DNA of 32,000 nt from Acutalibacteraceae bacterium (GCA_045536305.1 JAZSNH010000086.1:1-32000), one strand, 5' to 3'. Shown: positions 13,954 through 24,167, numbered from the stretch's first letter. Program-made: numbers and translations. Notes: generated from the sequence alone by a model not told the origin.

Positions 13954-15408
13954 TTAGTTGATTTCTTCGGTGTTTTCACTGCGCTCCTTAAGCTCATCGA
14001 GTATCTGTGCATACATCTTTTCATCTATCTTGAATTTTTTCGAATAAATAATAAAACCAAGAAGTATGCAAAGGAGGGGGAACAACATCATAGCACCCTT
14101 CATTATCCAAAGAGGAGTGCCGGTGACTGCGTTGATGAGAGCATCTATCTCGGCCTGCGCCGAAGCAATTGCGGCAGGGTCAGTAAGAGTCTCTATTTTT
14201 TCTTCTATCTGAGTGATTTTAAGAGATTCACTGTTGATTCCCGAGATAATAAGTGTGATAGTGACAACACCTGTTCCGATTGCACCGCCAAGCTTATTGA
14301 TAAAGGGCTGAACGGCAAAGCTTACAGACTCGTTTCTTTTCCCGAGCTTCCACTGACCGTATTCAACAGCATCAGCAAGGAAGAGGAGCATAAGCAGCTG
14401 AATAAATGCCTGAGCAAAGAACAGTGCAAGCCCTGCTGCGATTATCATGGGAAGCTTCTCAAAAGAGAAGAAGAACAGCAGATAAGCGGCAACTACAACG
14501 ATCATAGAGCCGGTATATAACTGACGTCTGGTGAATTTTTTACTAAAGAGAGGGAAGATGGAGAGTGCTGTAAGCTGAGCGACACCAAGGACTGCCGCAA
14601 AAATCATATAGGTTCCCTCGTCTTTATAGGCGTACTTGAAATAGTAAACACCAAATGAGGTTGTAGTGCAGTAACCGATCATGAAAAGTGCCATTGCAAC
14701 AGCAGTAACCATAAGCTGATCATTTTTGACAAGAGCCTTGAGCATGCCCTTGAGAGTGGTTCTTTCCTGGCTTTTAAGCTCTGAACGATCTTCCTTTACT
14801 CCGATAATTGTAACAAGCTGGAAAATCCACATGAGAGCAACAATTATAACAGTAAAGAGGAAATAGCTCTTTTTTGCCGGCATACCGAAAAGGTCGGGCA
14901 CCATAGTATAAAGAACAACAACAGCAAACATACCGACATTTGCACATATTCTTGCTATTGCGCCAACTCCCTCGCGAACCTTCTGATCTTTTGAGATAGC
15001 AGGCATAAGGGACCAATAGGAGATGTCGTTTGTAGTATATGTCATACCCCAAAGCAGGTAAATTACAGCAAAGAATATGATGTAGCCCTTATCAGAAAGG
15101 TTGAAATCTGTAAACAGCAGTATAGTAAGGATTCCCGATGCAAAGGCACCGAATACGATCCACGGCTTGAATTTACCCCAGTGTGTTTTTGTGTTGTCAA
15201 CGATAGTGCCCATGATAGGATCGTTTAAGGCATCAAATACGCGGAATATCACCATTAGTGTACCTATGACAGCAAGCTGATTATCGGAAAGACCTACCAC
15301 CTCTGTCAGATAAGTAATAAGGTACATGCTGATGAGGGTATATACGGCATCTCTGCCTATAGTACCCAAACCGAAGCAAAATTTATTTCTTCGCATTGAT
15401 TTTTCCAT
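13954..15408 (-). CDS. Glycoside-pentoside-hexuronide (GPH):cation symporter family sugar transporter
   Basis: The 484-aa product has about 12 TM helices. MelB/YicJ-type motifs are present near the N-terminus (GLGTIGRD, DALNDPIMGTIVDNT, GKFKPW). Confidence 0.88.
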   Translation of the reverse strand: MEKSMRRNKFCFGLGTIGRDAVYTLISMYLITYLTEVVGLSDNQLAVIGTLMVIFRVFDALNDPIMGTIVDNTKTHWGKFKPWIVFGAFASGILTILLFTDFNLSDKGYIIFFAVIYLLWGMTYTTNDISYWSLMPAISKDQKVREGVGAIARICANVGMFAVVVLYTMVPDLFGMPAKKSYFLFTVIIVALMWIFQLVTIIGVKEDRSELKSQERTTLKGMLKALVKNDQLMVTAVAMALFMIGYCTTTSFGVYYFKYAYKDEGTYMIFAAVLGVAQLTALSIFPLFSKKFTRRQLYTGSMIVVVAAYLLFFFSFEKLPMIIAAGLALFFAQAFIQLLMLLFLADAVEYGQWKLGKRNESVSFAVQPFINKLGGAIGTGVVTITLIISGINSESLKITQIEEKIETLTDPAAIASAQAEIDALINAVTGTPLWIMKGAMMLFPLLCILLGFIIYSKKFKIDEKMYAQILDELKERSENTEEIN

Positions 15409-15468
15409 TTTTTCCTTTCCTTTCCATGTCTCTGTGTTTTTAACAAAGTCCTATAATAAGTGAAGCGT

Positions 15469-17109
15469 CTAATGAATATCACCGCACTCATCTATAAGGC
15501 GAAACTCGAAGGGCAAAAGGTGTTTTTCGGAGCAGCTCGTATAATTGTCAGCAAGTATATTTCCGCGCATTCTCAGCTTCTTCGGCAGATTAACTTTTTT
15601 GCCTGTCATGTTAAATACTGAAAGCAATTTTTGGCCGTTTAGCTCTCGTTCAAAGGCATATATTGCGCGGCTTCGGCAAACAGGAACAAAAGCACCGGAA
15701 CAAAGGATCTCGTTTGTTTTTCTAAGCTCTGTCATCTTCTTCCAAAAAGCAAACACACCGTCCTTGTTTTCCTTGTCTTTTTCTGCGCTTACTTCTTTGT
15801 AATTGCTGTTTATTTTAAGCCACGGCGTTCCGTCGGTAAAGCCTGCATTATCTTCGCTGCTCCACTGTACGGGCGTACGTGCATGATCTCTTGATGCGTG
15901 CTTTATCATTTTCCATCGCATGCCCTTTGGAATACCGAGCTTTTTTGCCATGGCGTATATATTGTGGCTTTCTATATCCATGATCTCATCAAGACTTGCA
16001 AAATCACCGTTCGTCATGCCTATTTCCTGACCTTCATAGATGAAAGGGGTTCCTCTGAGGGTCATGATAAGACCTGCCATCATTTTGGAGCATTCAGCAC
16101 GGAAGTTTTCGGAATCGTTAAAACGGGAAATAAATCTCGGCTGATCGTGATTTTCAAAATAAACAGTGTTCCAGTAAAGTCCCGTATGCCATTCGGTAAG
16201 AGTATTCATAAGCTTTTTGAGGCTGAATTTTGCAGGGAACCACTTAAGCCCTATCTGGTCACATTCCATGTGCTTGAAGGAAAATACCATGTCAAGCTCT
16301 CCGCGCTCCTCGTCGCACAGATCCTTTGCCTTAGGAATATCAACAAATACTGTTTCGCCAATTGCAAAAGCACCGTAAGGCTCAAGCACATCTCTTCGAA
16401 GCTCGGCTAAAATATCATGACAGCCCTGAGTTGAAAGATAATGCTCCTGACCTGTCAAAGCAAGCCTCTTTTTACCGTTTTTTAATGTGTTTTTATATAT
16501 GACGTTTATCACATCACACCTGAATCCGACCACACCCTTGTCGAGCCAGAAGCGCATTATATCTTTTACTTCTGCCATAACATCGGGATTGTGCCAGTTT
16601 AAATCAGGCTGTTTTTTGGAAAAAAGATGAAGATAGTATTCATTCTCTGAATTCCCGAACGGAGTCCACGGGCATTCAGCAAAAAAGTTGCCCCAGTTGT
16701 TTGGTACCTTGTTCTTTTTACCCTTGCGTATTATGTAGTAATTTTTATATTTCTCATCGCCTGCAAGGGCTTTTTTAAACCATTCGTGCTCGTCTGAGGT
16801 GTGATTGATAACAAGATCCATGACGATGCCTATGCCGCGTTCCTTTGCCTTGAAAAGCAGCTCATCAAAATCATCCATTGTACCGAACTGAGGCTGAATG
16901 GCCTTGTAGTCTGCAATATCGTAGCCGTTGTCGTCGTTTGGGCTGACATATACAGGAGAAAGCCATATAGTATTGACACCAAGCTCGGCGATATGGTCAA
17001 GCTTTGAGATTATTCCTCGGATATCGCCTACACCATCACCGTCGGAATCCATAAAGGAACGGGGATAGATCTGATAAACAACAGTATCCTTGCGGTAATT
17101 TGCGCCCAT
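15469..17109 (-). CDS. GH13 alpha-glucosidase / oligo-1,6-glucosidase family enzyme
   Basis: All four GH13 conserved regions are present: DLVINHTS, GFRCDVINVI, AIGETV and FENHDQPR. The N-terminus reads YQIYPRSF. The ATG at 17109 (MGANYRK) has GGAGG upstream. The ORF-track extension to 17196 is rejected. Confidence 0.93.
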   Translation of the reverse strand: MGANYRKDTVVYQIYPRSFMDSDGDGVGDIRGIISKLDHIAELGVNTIWLSPVYVSPNDDNGYDIADYKAIQPQFGTMDDFDELLFKAKERGIGIVMDLVINHTSDEHEWFKKALAGDEKYKNYYIIRKGKKNKVPNNWGNFFAECPWTPFGNSENEYYLHLFSKKQPDLNWHNPDVMAEVKDIMRFWLDKGVVGFRCDVINVIYKNTLKNGKKRLALTGQEHYLSTQGCHDILAELRRDVLEPYGAFAIGETVFVDIPKAKDLCDEERGELDMVFSFKHMECDQIGLKWFPAKFSLKKLMNTLTEWHTGLYWNTVYFENHDQPRFISRFNDSENFRAECSKMMAGLIMTLRGTPFIYEGQEIGMTNGDFASLDEIMDIESHNIYAMAKKLGIPKGMRWKMIKHASRDHARTPVQWSSEDNAGFTDGTPWLKINSNYKEVSAEKDKENKDGVFAFWKKMTELRKTNEILCSGAFVPVCRSRAIYAFERELNGQKLLSVFNMTGKKVNLPKKLRMRGNILADNYTSCSEKHLLPFEFRLIDECGDIH

Positions 17110-17181
17110 AAAAATACCTCCAAACCGTAGGACGGCTATAAAAAATAAGATAATGAATGCACAGTGTTTGCATACATTATC

Positions 17182-17209
17182 ATTATAACATAACAAACAA
17201 TTATTTCAA
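17182..17209 (-). promoter_or_regulatory. Candidate sigma-A promoter of the glucosidase-symporter operon
   Basis: The minus strand reads TTGAAA-16 nt-TATAAT, about 70 nt upstream of the ATG. An imperfect palindrome, ATGCACAGTGTTTGCAT (17157-17173), sits at or near the predicted transcription start. Confidence 0.4.
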
Positions 17210-17391
17210 TATAAGAATAACGGTAATTTGTTCCTCACCAACAAACAAAATACACATTTGTTGGTAAATAGCAACAAATACATTCTGCAAAATTTTTTAT
17301 GTCTGTGCAAAAGACGAGTAGAATATCGGACAAAAAATCACTATAATCCTCTTGAAAAACAAACGCACAAAAGCTGTTTCGGAGGACAAAA

Positions 17392-18753
17392 ATGAGTAAA
17401 AATTTTACCACCGATATGACTTTAGGCAGTCCTATAAAGCACATTCTGAAATTTACTCTGCCGCTTCTTATCGGAAATCTTTTTCAGCAGTTTTATAATA
17501 TGGTAGATTCTATTGTGGTAGGGCAGTACGTCGGTAAGGATGCCCTCGCGGCGGTAGGCTCCTGTTCGTCGTCGAATTTTCTGTTTTTCTCTCTCGGCAA
17601 CGGACTGGGACTTGGCGTAGGTGTTATTGTAGCGCAGTATTTCGGGGCGAAGGAATATAAGAATGTACGTAAAACCATCGCCAATTCATACTACGTACTG
17701 ATAAGTGTATCACTGCTTGTAAGTGCCATAGGAATAATCGTAGCGCCGTGGCTTCTTCATCTTCTTGATACGCCCGATAAAATATTCAATGATACACTTG
17801 TATATCTGCGTACAACATGCCTTGGACTTATTGCGATATCCATGTATAACGGTATAGCGGCAATACTTCGAGCTCTGGGAGATTCGAAAACACCTTTGAT
17901 ATTCCTTATCGTTGCGTGCGTGATAAATGTAGTGCTCGACCTTTTGTTTGTTCTTGTGTTCAATTGGGCGGTTCTGGGTGTTGCACTGGCAACGATAATA
18001 TCTCAGGCAATATCGGCGATAACCTGCTATATCTATGCATACAGAAAAATATCCTATTTCCGAGTGAACAGAGAAGAGAAGAAGATGGATATGTCCATAA
18101 TAGGCAGATCCTTCAAGATCGGTATTCCTCTCGCACTTCAGAACGGTACCATAGCGGTGTCGTGTATGGTCCTGCAGGGAGTTGTCAACGGCTTCGGAGA
18201 AAATGTAATGGCAGCATACACTATAACCATACGTATAGAATCCATCGTGCAGCAGCCTTACAGCTCTCTTGCCGCAGCGATGACCACCTTCGCAGGTCAG
18301 AATGCCGGAGCAGGACAGATTGAAAGGATAAAGAAGGGCTTCAGACAATCTGCCGTTGTCGTTCTGATTTTCAGCCTTTGCTTAATACCTCTGTTTTATA
18401 TTTTCGGCAGTCAGATCGCAGGCATTTTTGTAGAAGATCCTGCTGTTATAGATATAGCGGCAAGAGCGCTCAGAATAACAAGTCTTTTCTACTTCTCGCT
18501 TGGAATGATATATGTTCCGAGAGCCTTGCTCAACGGCTGTGGAGATGCTGCATTTGCAGTTTTGAACGGTTTTGTGGAGGTAGGCGGCAGAGTAGTATTT
18601 TCTCAGCTTTTCCTTCTCATCCCGGCTCTCGGCTGGTGGGCAGTATGGATGACCACAGGCGCAACATGGGCGGTTACGGGAATGTTTTGCCTCATCCGCT
18701 ACTGGACGGGAAATTGGAAAAAACGCGTTAAGCTTCAAAATGCAATAAAATAG
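17392..18753 (+). CDS. MATE family efflux transporter
   Basis: The 453-aa product has 12 TM helices. Its N-terminus is typical of MATE/NorM (PLLIGNLFQQFYNMVDSIVVGQYVG). GGAGG lies 6 nt upstream of the ATG. Confidence 0.93.
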   Translation: MSKNFTTDMTLGSPIKHILKFTLPLLIGNLFQQFYNMVDSIVVGQYVGKDALAAVGSCSSSNFLFFSLGNGLGLGVGVIVAQYFGAKEYKNVRKTIANSYYVLISVSLLVSAIGIIVAPWLLHLLDTPDKIFNDTLVYLRTTCLGLIAISMYNGIAAILRALGDSKTPLIFLIVACVINVVLDLLFVLVFNWAVLGVALATIISQAISAITCYIYAYRKISYFRVNREEKKMDMSIIGRSFKIGIPLALQNGTIAVSCMVLQGVVNGFGENVMAAYTITIRIESIVQQPYSSLAAAMTTFAGQNAGAGQIERIKKGFRQSAVVVLIFSLCLIPLFYIFGSQIAGIFVEDPAVIDIAARALRITSLFYFSLGMIYVPRALLNGCGDAAFAVLNGFVEVGGRVVFSQLFLLIPALGWWAVWMTTGATWAVTGMFCLIRYWTGNWKKRVKLQNAIK

Positions 18754-18759
18754 AAAGCG

Positions 18760-18813
18760 AAAAGCATTGTATTAAAGGCGCTCCACAAAAACCGTCCTCA
18801 ATACAATGCTTTT
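18760..18813 (+). terminator. Possible terminator of the MATE gene (13-bp stem, long loop)
   Basis: AAAAGCATTGTAT (18760-18772) pairs with ATACAATGCTTTT (18801-18813). The 28-nt loop is atypical for a terminator. Confidence 0.3.
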
Positions 18814-18931
18814 AATTGTTTAGTTTCTTTTTGAATTGACTTCATTATACAACGTGTTTCGGAATGTGTCAAGAATCTTTTGGGATTTTTTTGAGAAAGT
18901 TTTGGGATTTTTTGGTACTGATATTGATACA

Positions 18932-18959
18932 TTGACAATAAAGAAAAATAATATATAAT
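18932..18959 (+). promoter_or_regulatory. Candidate sigma-A promoter of the HTH regulator gene
   Basis: The sequence is TTGACA (18932-18937), a 16-nt spacer, then TATAAT (18954-18959). It is preceded by two TTTTGGGATTTTTT direct repeats (18878-18914). Confidence 0.5.
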
Positions 18960-19004
18960 ATAAATGTATTGTGAAATAAAGAAAGAAAAAGGAGGAGATT
19001 TAAG

Positions 19005-20501
19005 GTGTTAGAGTCTTTAGGTGGATTTCTTAAGGATAAGCTCAAGGATCGATCTATGAGAGTTGATGAGTTCTTATACAGGTCAAAAATAAGTCGATCA
19101 AGCTTTTACCGAATGCTAAACGGTATACAGTATCCATCTCAGGAGGCTGTTAACGCAATAATCTCAACACTTAATTTTACAGCCAAGGAAATAATCGAGC
19201 TTGATTATTATATGAGCCTTTTGAATGTGGATAAAAACACTCTGTCAGCACGTGATGAGATAACAGACATGCTTTTCGGCTCACAGAAGGATAATGTGGA
19301 ATTTAATTGTGATGTAATTCTTTATGATGGAGATAGGTACTTAAGAACTATTCAGGATATTTTTGCAATAGTAAATGAAGCATCCAGGAAAGATGGATTT
19401 AGTTGTTCGGTCAGTATAGTGAATTGCTGCCGCCATGCGATTATTTCGAGAATTAGGGAAGCGCTGCTTGACATTGAAAGCAAGGGCGTTGCCTGTAACA
19501 TTGAGCATCTGATCGGTTTTTCCGAATCAAATCTCAAGGAAAGCGTTAATGCGCTTCATGAGCTGCTTCCGCTGCTGACATTCAAAAGCTACAGTGTCAG
19601 ATGCGGCGAAACAACAGCCGCGACCTCGGAAGGAATAATGAAGAATTTCGCAATGATAGATTTCGAGTGGGAAGAGAATGGAAAAAAAGAGAAAAAGCTT
19701 CTTTGCATAAATTTTATCGATGACGGCGCATCTGTTTGTGCTGCGATTTCTGATCCCGGATTTGCTGATTTCTTCAGAAGAAGCTATGATAATCTGAGAA
19801 GGTTCTATATAAATGGTCTTATAGTAAAAAAGCAGCTGCAAACCTTCAGTGCTCACATAATAGATATGGAAGCACATTACGATCTGGTGTTGTTCAAGCC
19901 CGATCCTTGTGACAGCAGAGTTCCCTATGCCGCTTTCAAGCATCTGCGAGAACGTGTTTCCATGGAGGATAAAGCAAAGTTTGTCCGCACGTTTGTAGGA
20001 ATTGAACCCAGAAACGATGAAGAGACAGAATTTTTCATGGAGCAGACATTTGTTTTCCTGAAGGAAAGGGAAGATAATTCAAATAAACATGCCCAGACTG
20101 ATATATGTACCTCGGATGGCCTGCGTCGATTTGCACAGACGGGAAATCTTTCTGACCATGTAGATTTCATTCCGCCGTTTGATAAGACAGAACGCAGACT
20201 GATCCTTGAGAAAATGATAAGCCGTGCTTCCGATCCCGAGGACAAATATAATTTGTATATACTTAAAAATAATTATTCAAATCCTGATATGCTTATGGTG
20301 GTCTATAAGAATAGCGGAGTTTTGATCGAAAACATCAATCCGAAGCATACAACAAGTGAAATGCCGCACTGTTTTATTGAAAATTCAGGACTTGCCAATG
20401 CATTTATAAGCTATGCGGAAAGGGAGATACCAAATAAATATGCCATACCGCATGAAGAAGCAATGGCATTTCTGCAGGGCTTGATCGATGAGTTTTGCTG
20501 A
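19005..20501 (+). CDS. XRE-type HTH regulator with a large uncharacterised C-terminal region (498 aa)
   Basis: The GTG start lies 6 nt after AAAGGAGGAG. The N-terminus LGGFLKDKLKDRSMRVDEFLYRSKISRSSFYRMLNG fits the XRE HTH pattern. I recognise no motifs in the remaining ~430 aa. Confidence 0.75.
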   Translation: MLESLGGFLKDKLKDRSMRVDEFLYRSKISRSSFYRMLNGIQYPSQEAVNAIISTLNFTAKEIIELDYYMSLLNVDKNTLSARDEITDMLFGSQKDNVEFNCDVILYDGDRYLRTIQDIFAIVNEASRKDGFSCSVSIVNCCRHAIISRIREALLDIESKGVACNIEHLIGFSESNLKESVNALHELLPLLTFKSYSVRCGETTAATSEGIMKNFAMIDFEWEENGKKEKKLLCINFIDDGASVCAAISDPGFADFFRRSYDNLRRFYINGLIVKKQLQTFSAHIIDMEAHYDLVLFKPDPCDSRVPYAAFKHLRERVSMEDKAKFVRTFVGIEPRNDEETEFFMEQTFVFLKEREDNSNKHAQTDICTSDGLRRFAQTGNLSDHVDFIPPFDKTERRLILEKMISRASDPEDKYNLYILKNNYSNPDMLMVVYKNSGVLIENINPKHTTSEMPHCFIENSGLANAFISYAEREIPNKYAIPHEEAMAFLQGLIDEFC

Positions 20502-20550
20502 CAGAAAACCGATTTATCAATATATTATTTCGAAAAGCTTATGAATGTTA

Positions 20551-20577
20551 AAAGAGGCTGCCAAAGGCAGCCTCTTT
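20551..20577. terminator. Bidirectional terminator between the HTH gene and gpmI
   Basis: The stem AAAGAGGCTGCC / GGCAGCCTCTTT encloses a 3-nt loop. Confidence 0.75.
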
Positions 20578-20589
20578 AGTTTATATTAT

Positions 20590-22119
20590 TTACAGTATAA
20601 TACTTTCTCCGTCCATCTCAGCAGGCTGAGTCAGACCGAGTATCTTGAGCATAGTAGGAGCGATGTCGGCAAGTCTGCCGCCTTCGCGCAGCTTGCAGTC
20701 ATAACCTACAACACAGAAAGGCACAGGGTTTGTGGAGTGAGCGGTAAAGGGAGAACCATCCGGCTCCATCATCTGATCGGCGTTGCCGTGATCGGCAGTA
20801 ATCAAAACAGAACCGCCCATCTTAAGAGCAGCCTCAACAACCTTGCCGACGCATGCATCAACAGTTTCAACAGCAGCCTTTGCAGCATCAAAAATTCCGG
20901 TATGACCGACCATATCGCAGTTAGCGAAGTTGAGAATGATAACATCATACATGCCGCTCTCGATGCGTGCAACTGTTTCTGCAGCGACCTCAATAGCGCT
21001 CATCTCAGGCTGAAGATCATAGGTAGCGACCTTCGGAGAGGGGATAAGGCATCTGTCCTCATTCTCGTACTGCTTTTCAACACCGCCGTTGAAGAAGAAG
21101 GTTACATGAGCATATTTTTCTGTCTCTGCGATTCTCAGCTGAGACAAGCCGTTCTGAGAAATATATTCGCCAAAGGTGTTGTCAAGGCTCTGCGGCTTGA
21201 ATGCAACCTGCACATTGGGCATTGTTGCATCATACTGAGTCATGCAGACGTAGCAGAGAGGGAAGAAGCCAAAGCGTCTTTCAAATCCGGAGAAATCGGG
21301 ATCGACAAATGTACGGGTGATCTCTCTGGCGCGGTCGGGGCGGAAGTTGAAGAAAATAACAGAGTCGTTTGCCTTAAGAGCAGCATCATCAAGACATACA
21401 ACAGGCAGAACGAACTCATCGGTAACATGTTTGCCTTCTTCGTCGATCGTCTCATAGGATTTACGAATAGCATCAACAGGGTCGGAATTCTTTACTCCCT
21501 CACCGTAAACAACAGCAGAATAAGCCTTTTCGACTCTTTCCCAACGGTTGTCACGATCCATAGCGTAGTAGCGTCCCATAACAGTGGCTACCTTGCCAAC
21601 ACCAATCTCATTGAGCTTTTCAACACATTCTGCAACGAAATCCGCACCGGAAGAAGGGGGAACATCACGGCCGTCGAGGAGGCAGTGAACGTATACCTTG
21701 GAAAGACCTGCACGTTTTGCCATCTCAACAAGAGCATAGAGGTGAGTGTTGTGGCTGTGAACACCGCCGTCACTCATAAGTCCCATGAGATGCAGGGCAG
21801 AATCATTATCAATGCAGTTTTTCATAGCGGCAAGAAGTGCTTCGTTTTCAAAGAAAACACCGTCGGAAATAGACTTGGTTATTCTTGTCAGCTCCTGATA
21901 AACAACACGACCTGCACCGATATTTGTATGTCCTACCTCGCTGTTGCCCATCTGACCGTCAGGCAGACCGACATCCATACCGGAAGCACCGATCTGAGTG
22001 CAGGGATTTTCGGCAAATATTTTATCGAGATTCTTCGTATCTGCAGCGGTAATGGCGTTGCCATACTCATCCTTGATTCCGAAGCCGTCCATTATGCAAA
22101 GTACAAGAGGTTTTTTCAT
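20590..22119 (-). CDS. gpmI: 2,3-bisphosphoglycerate-independent phosphoglycerate mutase
   Basis: The motifs are MDGFG, SDGGVHSH, DGRD, NFANCDMVGHTG and ADHGNAD. The ATG at 22119 (MKKPLVLCIMDG) follows AAGGAG. Confidence 0.95.
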   Translation of the reverse strand: MKKPLVLCIMDGFGIKDEYGNAITAADTKNLDKIFAENPCTQIGASGMDVGLPDGQMGNSEVGHTNIGAGRVVYQELTRITKSISDGVFFENEALLAAMKNCIDNDSALHLMGLMSDGGVHSHNTHLYALVEMAKRAGLSKVYVHCLLDGRDVPPSSGADFVAECVEKLNEIGVGKVATVMGRYYAMDRDNRWERVEKAYSAVVYGEGVKNSDPVDAIRKSYETIDEEGKHVTDEFVLPVVCLDDAALKANDSVIFFNFRPDRAREITRTFVDPDFSGFERRFGFFPLCYVCMTQYDATMPNVQVAFKPQSLDNTFGEYISQNGLSQLRIAETEKYAHVTFFFNGGVEKQYENEDRCLIPSPKVATYDLQPEMSAIEVAAETVARIESGMYDVIILNFANCDMVGHTGIFDAAKAAVETVDACVGKVVEAALKMGGSVLITADHGNADQMMEPDGSPFTAHSTNPVPFCVVGYDCKLREGGRLADIAPTMLKILGLTQPAEMDGESIIL

Positions 22120-22129
22120 TTTAATCTCC

Positions 22130-22897
22130 TTATCTGCCAGCTGCCTTAACAATAGCGGCAAACTTCTCTGCAACAAGGGATGCACCGCCGATAAGACCGC
22201 CGTCAACATCGACCTGATCGAGAAGACCTTCGGCGTTCTTTTCGTTCATGGAACCGCCGTACTGAATAGTGAAAGCCTCTGCGGCCTCTGCGGAATAGAG
22301 CTCTGCGAGAAGCTCACGGATGATGCCGCAAACTTCATTTGCCTGTTCATCGGTAGCGGTAAGACCGGTGCCGATAGCCCAGACAGGCTCATAAGCGATG
22401 ATAACGTTCTTAAGCTCGTCCTCGGCGATCTGCTCGAAAGCCTTGACGACCTGATGTTTTACGATCTGAGCGGTAATGCCTTCCTGACGCTGTTCGAGAA
22501 CTTCGCCGACACAAATAATGGGCTTAAGACCGTTGTCGAGTGCAGCGCGTGCGCGCATTGCGACAGTTTCATCGGTCTCACCGAAGTACTGGCGACGCTC
22601 GGAGTGACCGAGGACTACATATTCTACGCCGATACTCTTGAGCATAGGTGCGGAGACTTCGCCTGTGAAAGCACCCTTTTCTGCCCAGTGGCAGTTCTCG
22701 GCACCGATTTTGATGTTTGTGCCCTTGGCAGCATCAAGAGCTGCATGAAGATCGATAAAAGGTACACAGCAGATAACAGTGCAGTCAGCATCCTTTACAA
22801 GAGGAGCTATCTCGTTGATAAGAGCAGTGCTCTGCTCAGGATTGTTGTTCATTTTCCAGTTGCCTGCGATAACAGCAGCGCGCTTAGCTTTGTTCAT
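22130..22897 (-). CDS. tpiA: Triosephosphate isomerase
   Basis: The motifs are AGNWKMN, GHSERR, AYEPVWAIGTG and YGGS. The ATG at 22897 follows GGAGG. Confidence 0.95.
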   Translation of the reverse strand: MNKAKRAAVIAGNWKMNNNPEQSTALINEIAPLVKDADCTVICCVPFIDLHAALDAAKGTNIKIGAENCHWAEKGAFTGEVSAPMLKSIGVEYVVLGHSERRQYFGETDETVAMRARAALDNGLKPIICVGEVLEQRQEGITAQIVKHQVVKAFEQIAEDELKNVIIAYEPVWAIGTGLTATDEQANEVCGIIRELLAELYSAEAAEAFTIQYGGSMNEKNAEGLLDQVDVDGGLIGGASLVAEKFAAIVKAAGR

Positions 22898-22973
22898 TAT
22901 TTTTTCCTCCCAAAAATTATTATCCAATATATACGGCGGACGCCGAATACAACGCCCGCCGCAAAAATTTATC

Positions 22974-24167
22974 TTATTTCTCGTTGAGGCAAGCGATGCC
23001 GGGGAGTACAAGGCCTTCGAGGAATTCGAGGGAAGCACCGCCGCCGGTGGAGATGTGGGTCATCTTGTCTGCAAAGCCGAGCTTCTCACAAGCTGCAGCG
23101 GAATCGCCGCCGCCGATGATAGAAACTGCGCCGCTCTCAGCAACAGCAGTAGCTACAGCGATGGTACCCTTGGCAAAATTCTCCCACTCGGAAACGCCCA
23201 TAGGTCCGTTCCATACAACAGTACCTGCGCCCTTGATAGCCTCAGCGAAGATAGCAGAGGTCTTGGGGCCGATATCAAGACCCTGCCAGCCTGCGGGGAT
23301 CTTGTCGGAGTCAACGGTCTGGAAGTCAGCATCAGGAGCAAAAGCGGTAGCGACAACATTATCCTGAGGGATAAGGAAGTTAACATTCTTCTCCTTGGCC
23401 TTAGCCATCATATCCTTAGCAAGCTCGACCTTATCGTCTTCGCAGATGGAATCGCCGATGGAATAGCCGAGAGCCTTCATGAAGGTGTATGCCATACCGC
23501 CGCCGATGATTATGGTGTCAACCTTCTCAAGGAGATTGTTGATAACACCGATCTTATCGGAAACCTTAGCGCCGCCGAGGATAGCAACGAAAGGACGAGC
23601 AGGATCGGCAAGAGCCTTACCCATGATGGAGATTTCTTTCTGAATAAGGTATCCGCATACTGCGGGAAGATAATCAGCAACACCTGCGGTAGAAGCGTGG
23701 GCTCTGTGAGCGGTGCCGAAAGCATCGTTTACATAGATCTCTGCGAGTGAAGCGAGAGCCTTGGAAAATTCGGGATCGTTCTTCTCTTCTTCCTTGTGGA
23801 AGCGAACATTCTCGATCATAACAGCTTTGCCTTCCTCAACCTCAGCAGCAAGAGCCTTAGCGCTGTCGCCGATAACGTCAGAAGCGATCTTTACCTCAAA
23901 GCCGAGCTGCTCGGTAAGATATGCAGCAACGGGAGCGAGGGAGTACTTCATATTGAACTCACCCTTAGGACGACCGAGGTGAGAGCAAAGGATGACCTTA
24001 GCGTTGTTCTCAAGGAGGTAACGGATTGTTTTAAGAGCTTCGTCGATTCTCTTGGTATCGGAGATATTGCCTTCGCCGTCAAACGGTACGTTGAAATCGC
24101 AGCGAACCAAAACCTTCTTGCCGGAGACGTTTATGTCTTCGACGCTCTTTTTGTTGAGATAATTCAT
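22974..24167 (-). CDS. pgk: Phosphoglycerate kinase
   Basis: The motifs are [31 protein letters not shown] and GGGDS. The start is the ATG at 24167 (MNYLNKK). Confidence 0.95.
   Translation of the reverse strand: MNYLNKKSVEDINVSGKKVLVRCDFNVPFDGEGNISDTKRIDEALKTIRYLLENNAKVILCSHLGRPKGEFNMKYSLAPVAAYLTEQLGFEVKIASDVIGDSAKALAAEVEEGKAVMIENVRFHKEEEKNDPEFSKALASLAEIYVNDAFGTAHRAHASTAGVADYLPAVCGYLIQKEISIMGKALADPARPFVAILGGAKVSDKIGVINNLLEKVDTIIIGGGMAYTFMKALGYSIGDSICEDDKVELAKDMMAKAKEKNVNFLIPQDNVVATAFAPDADFQTVDSDKIPAGWQGLDIGPKTSAIFAEAIKGAGTVVWNGPMGVSEWENFAKGTIAVATAVAESGAVSIIGGGDSAAACEKLGFADKMTHISTGGGASLEFLEGLVLPGIACLNEK

Noticed and set aside
17710-18348. A 212-aa minus-strand ORF and other ORFs inside the MATE gene.
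   Set aside because: They are antisense to or out of frame with a complete 12-TM MATE transporter. They are Cys/Tyr/His-rich nonsense with no SD.
20541-20579. A 12-codon ORF (MNVKRGCQRQPL) downstream of the HTH regulator, considered as a possible RRNPP-type signalling peptide.
   Set aside because: It coincides with the bidirectional terminator hairpin (20551-20577) and has no SD. The sequence is dictated by the stem.
20545-22149. A 534-aa ORF on the plus strand.
   Set aside because: It is exactly antisense to gpmI, whose product has every catalytic motif. The translation is low-complexity with no recognisable motifs and no SD. It is a shadow ORF of a codon-biased, highly expressed gene.
21998-23750. 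Two long plus-strand ORFs (329 aa and 323 aa).
   Set aside because: They are antisense to tpiA and pgk and are the same kind of shadow-frame artefact as above. No SD or promoter is present, and the sequences look like nonsense.
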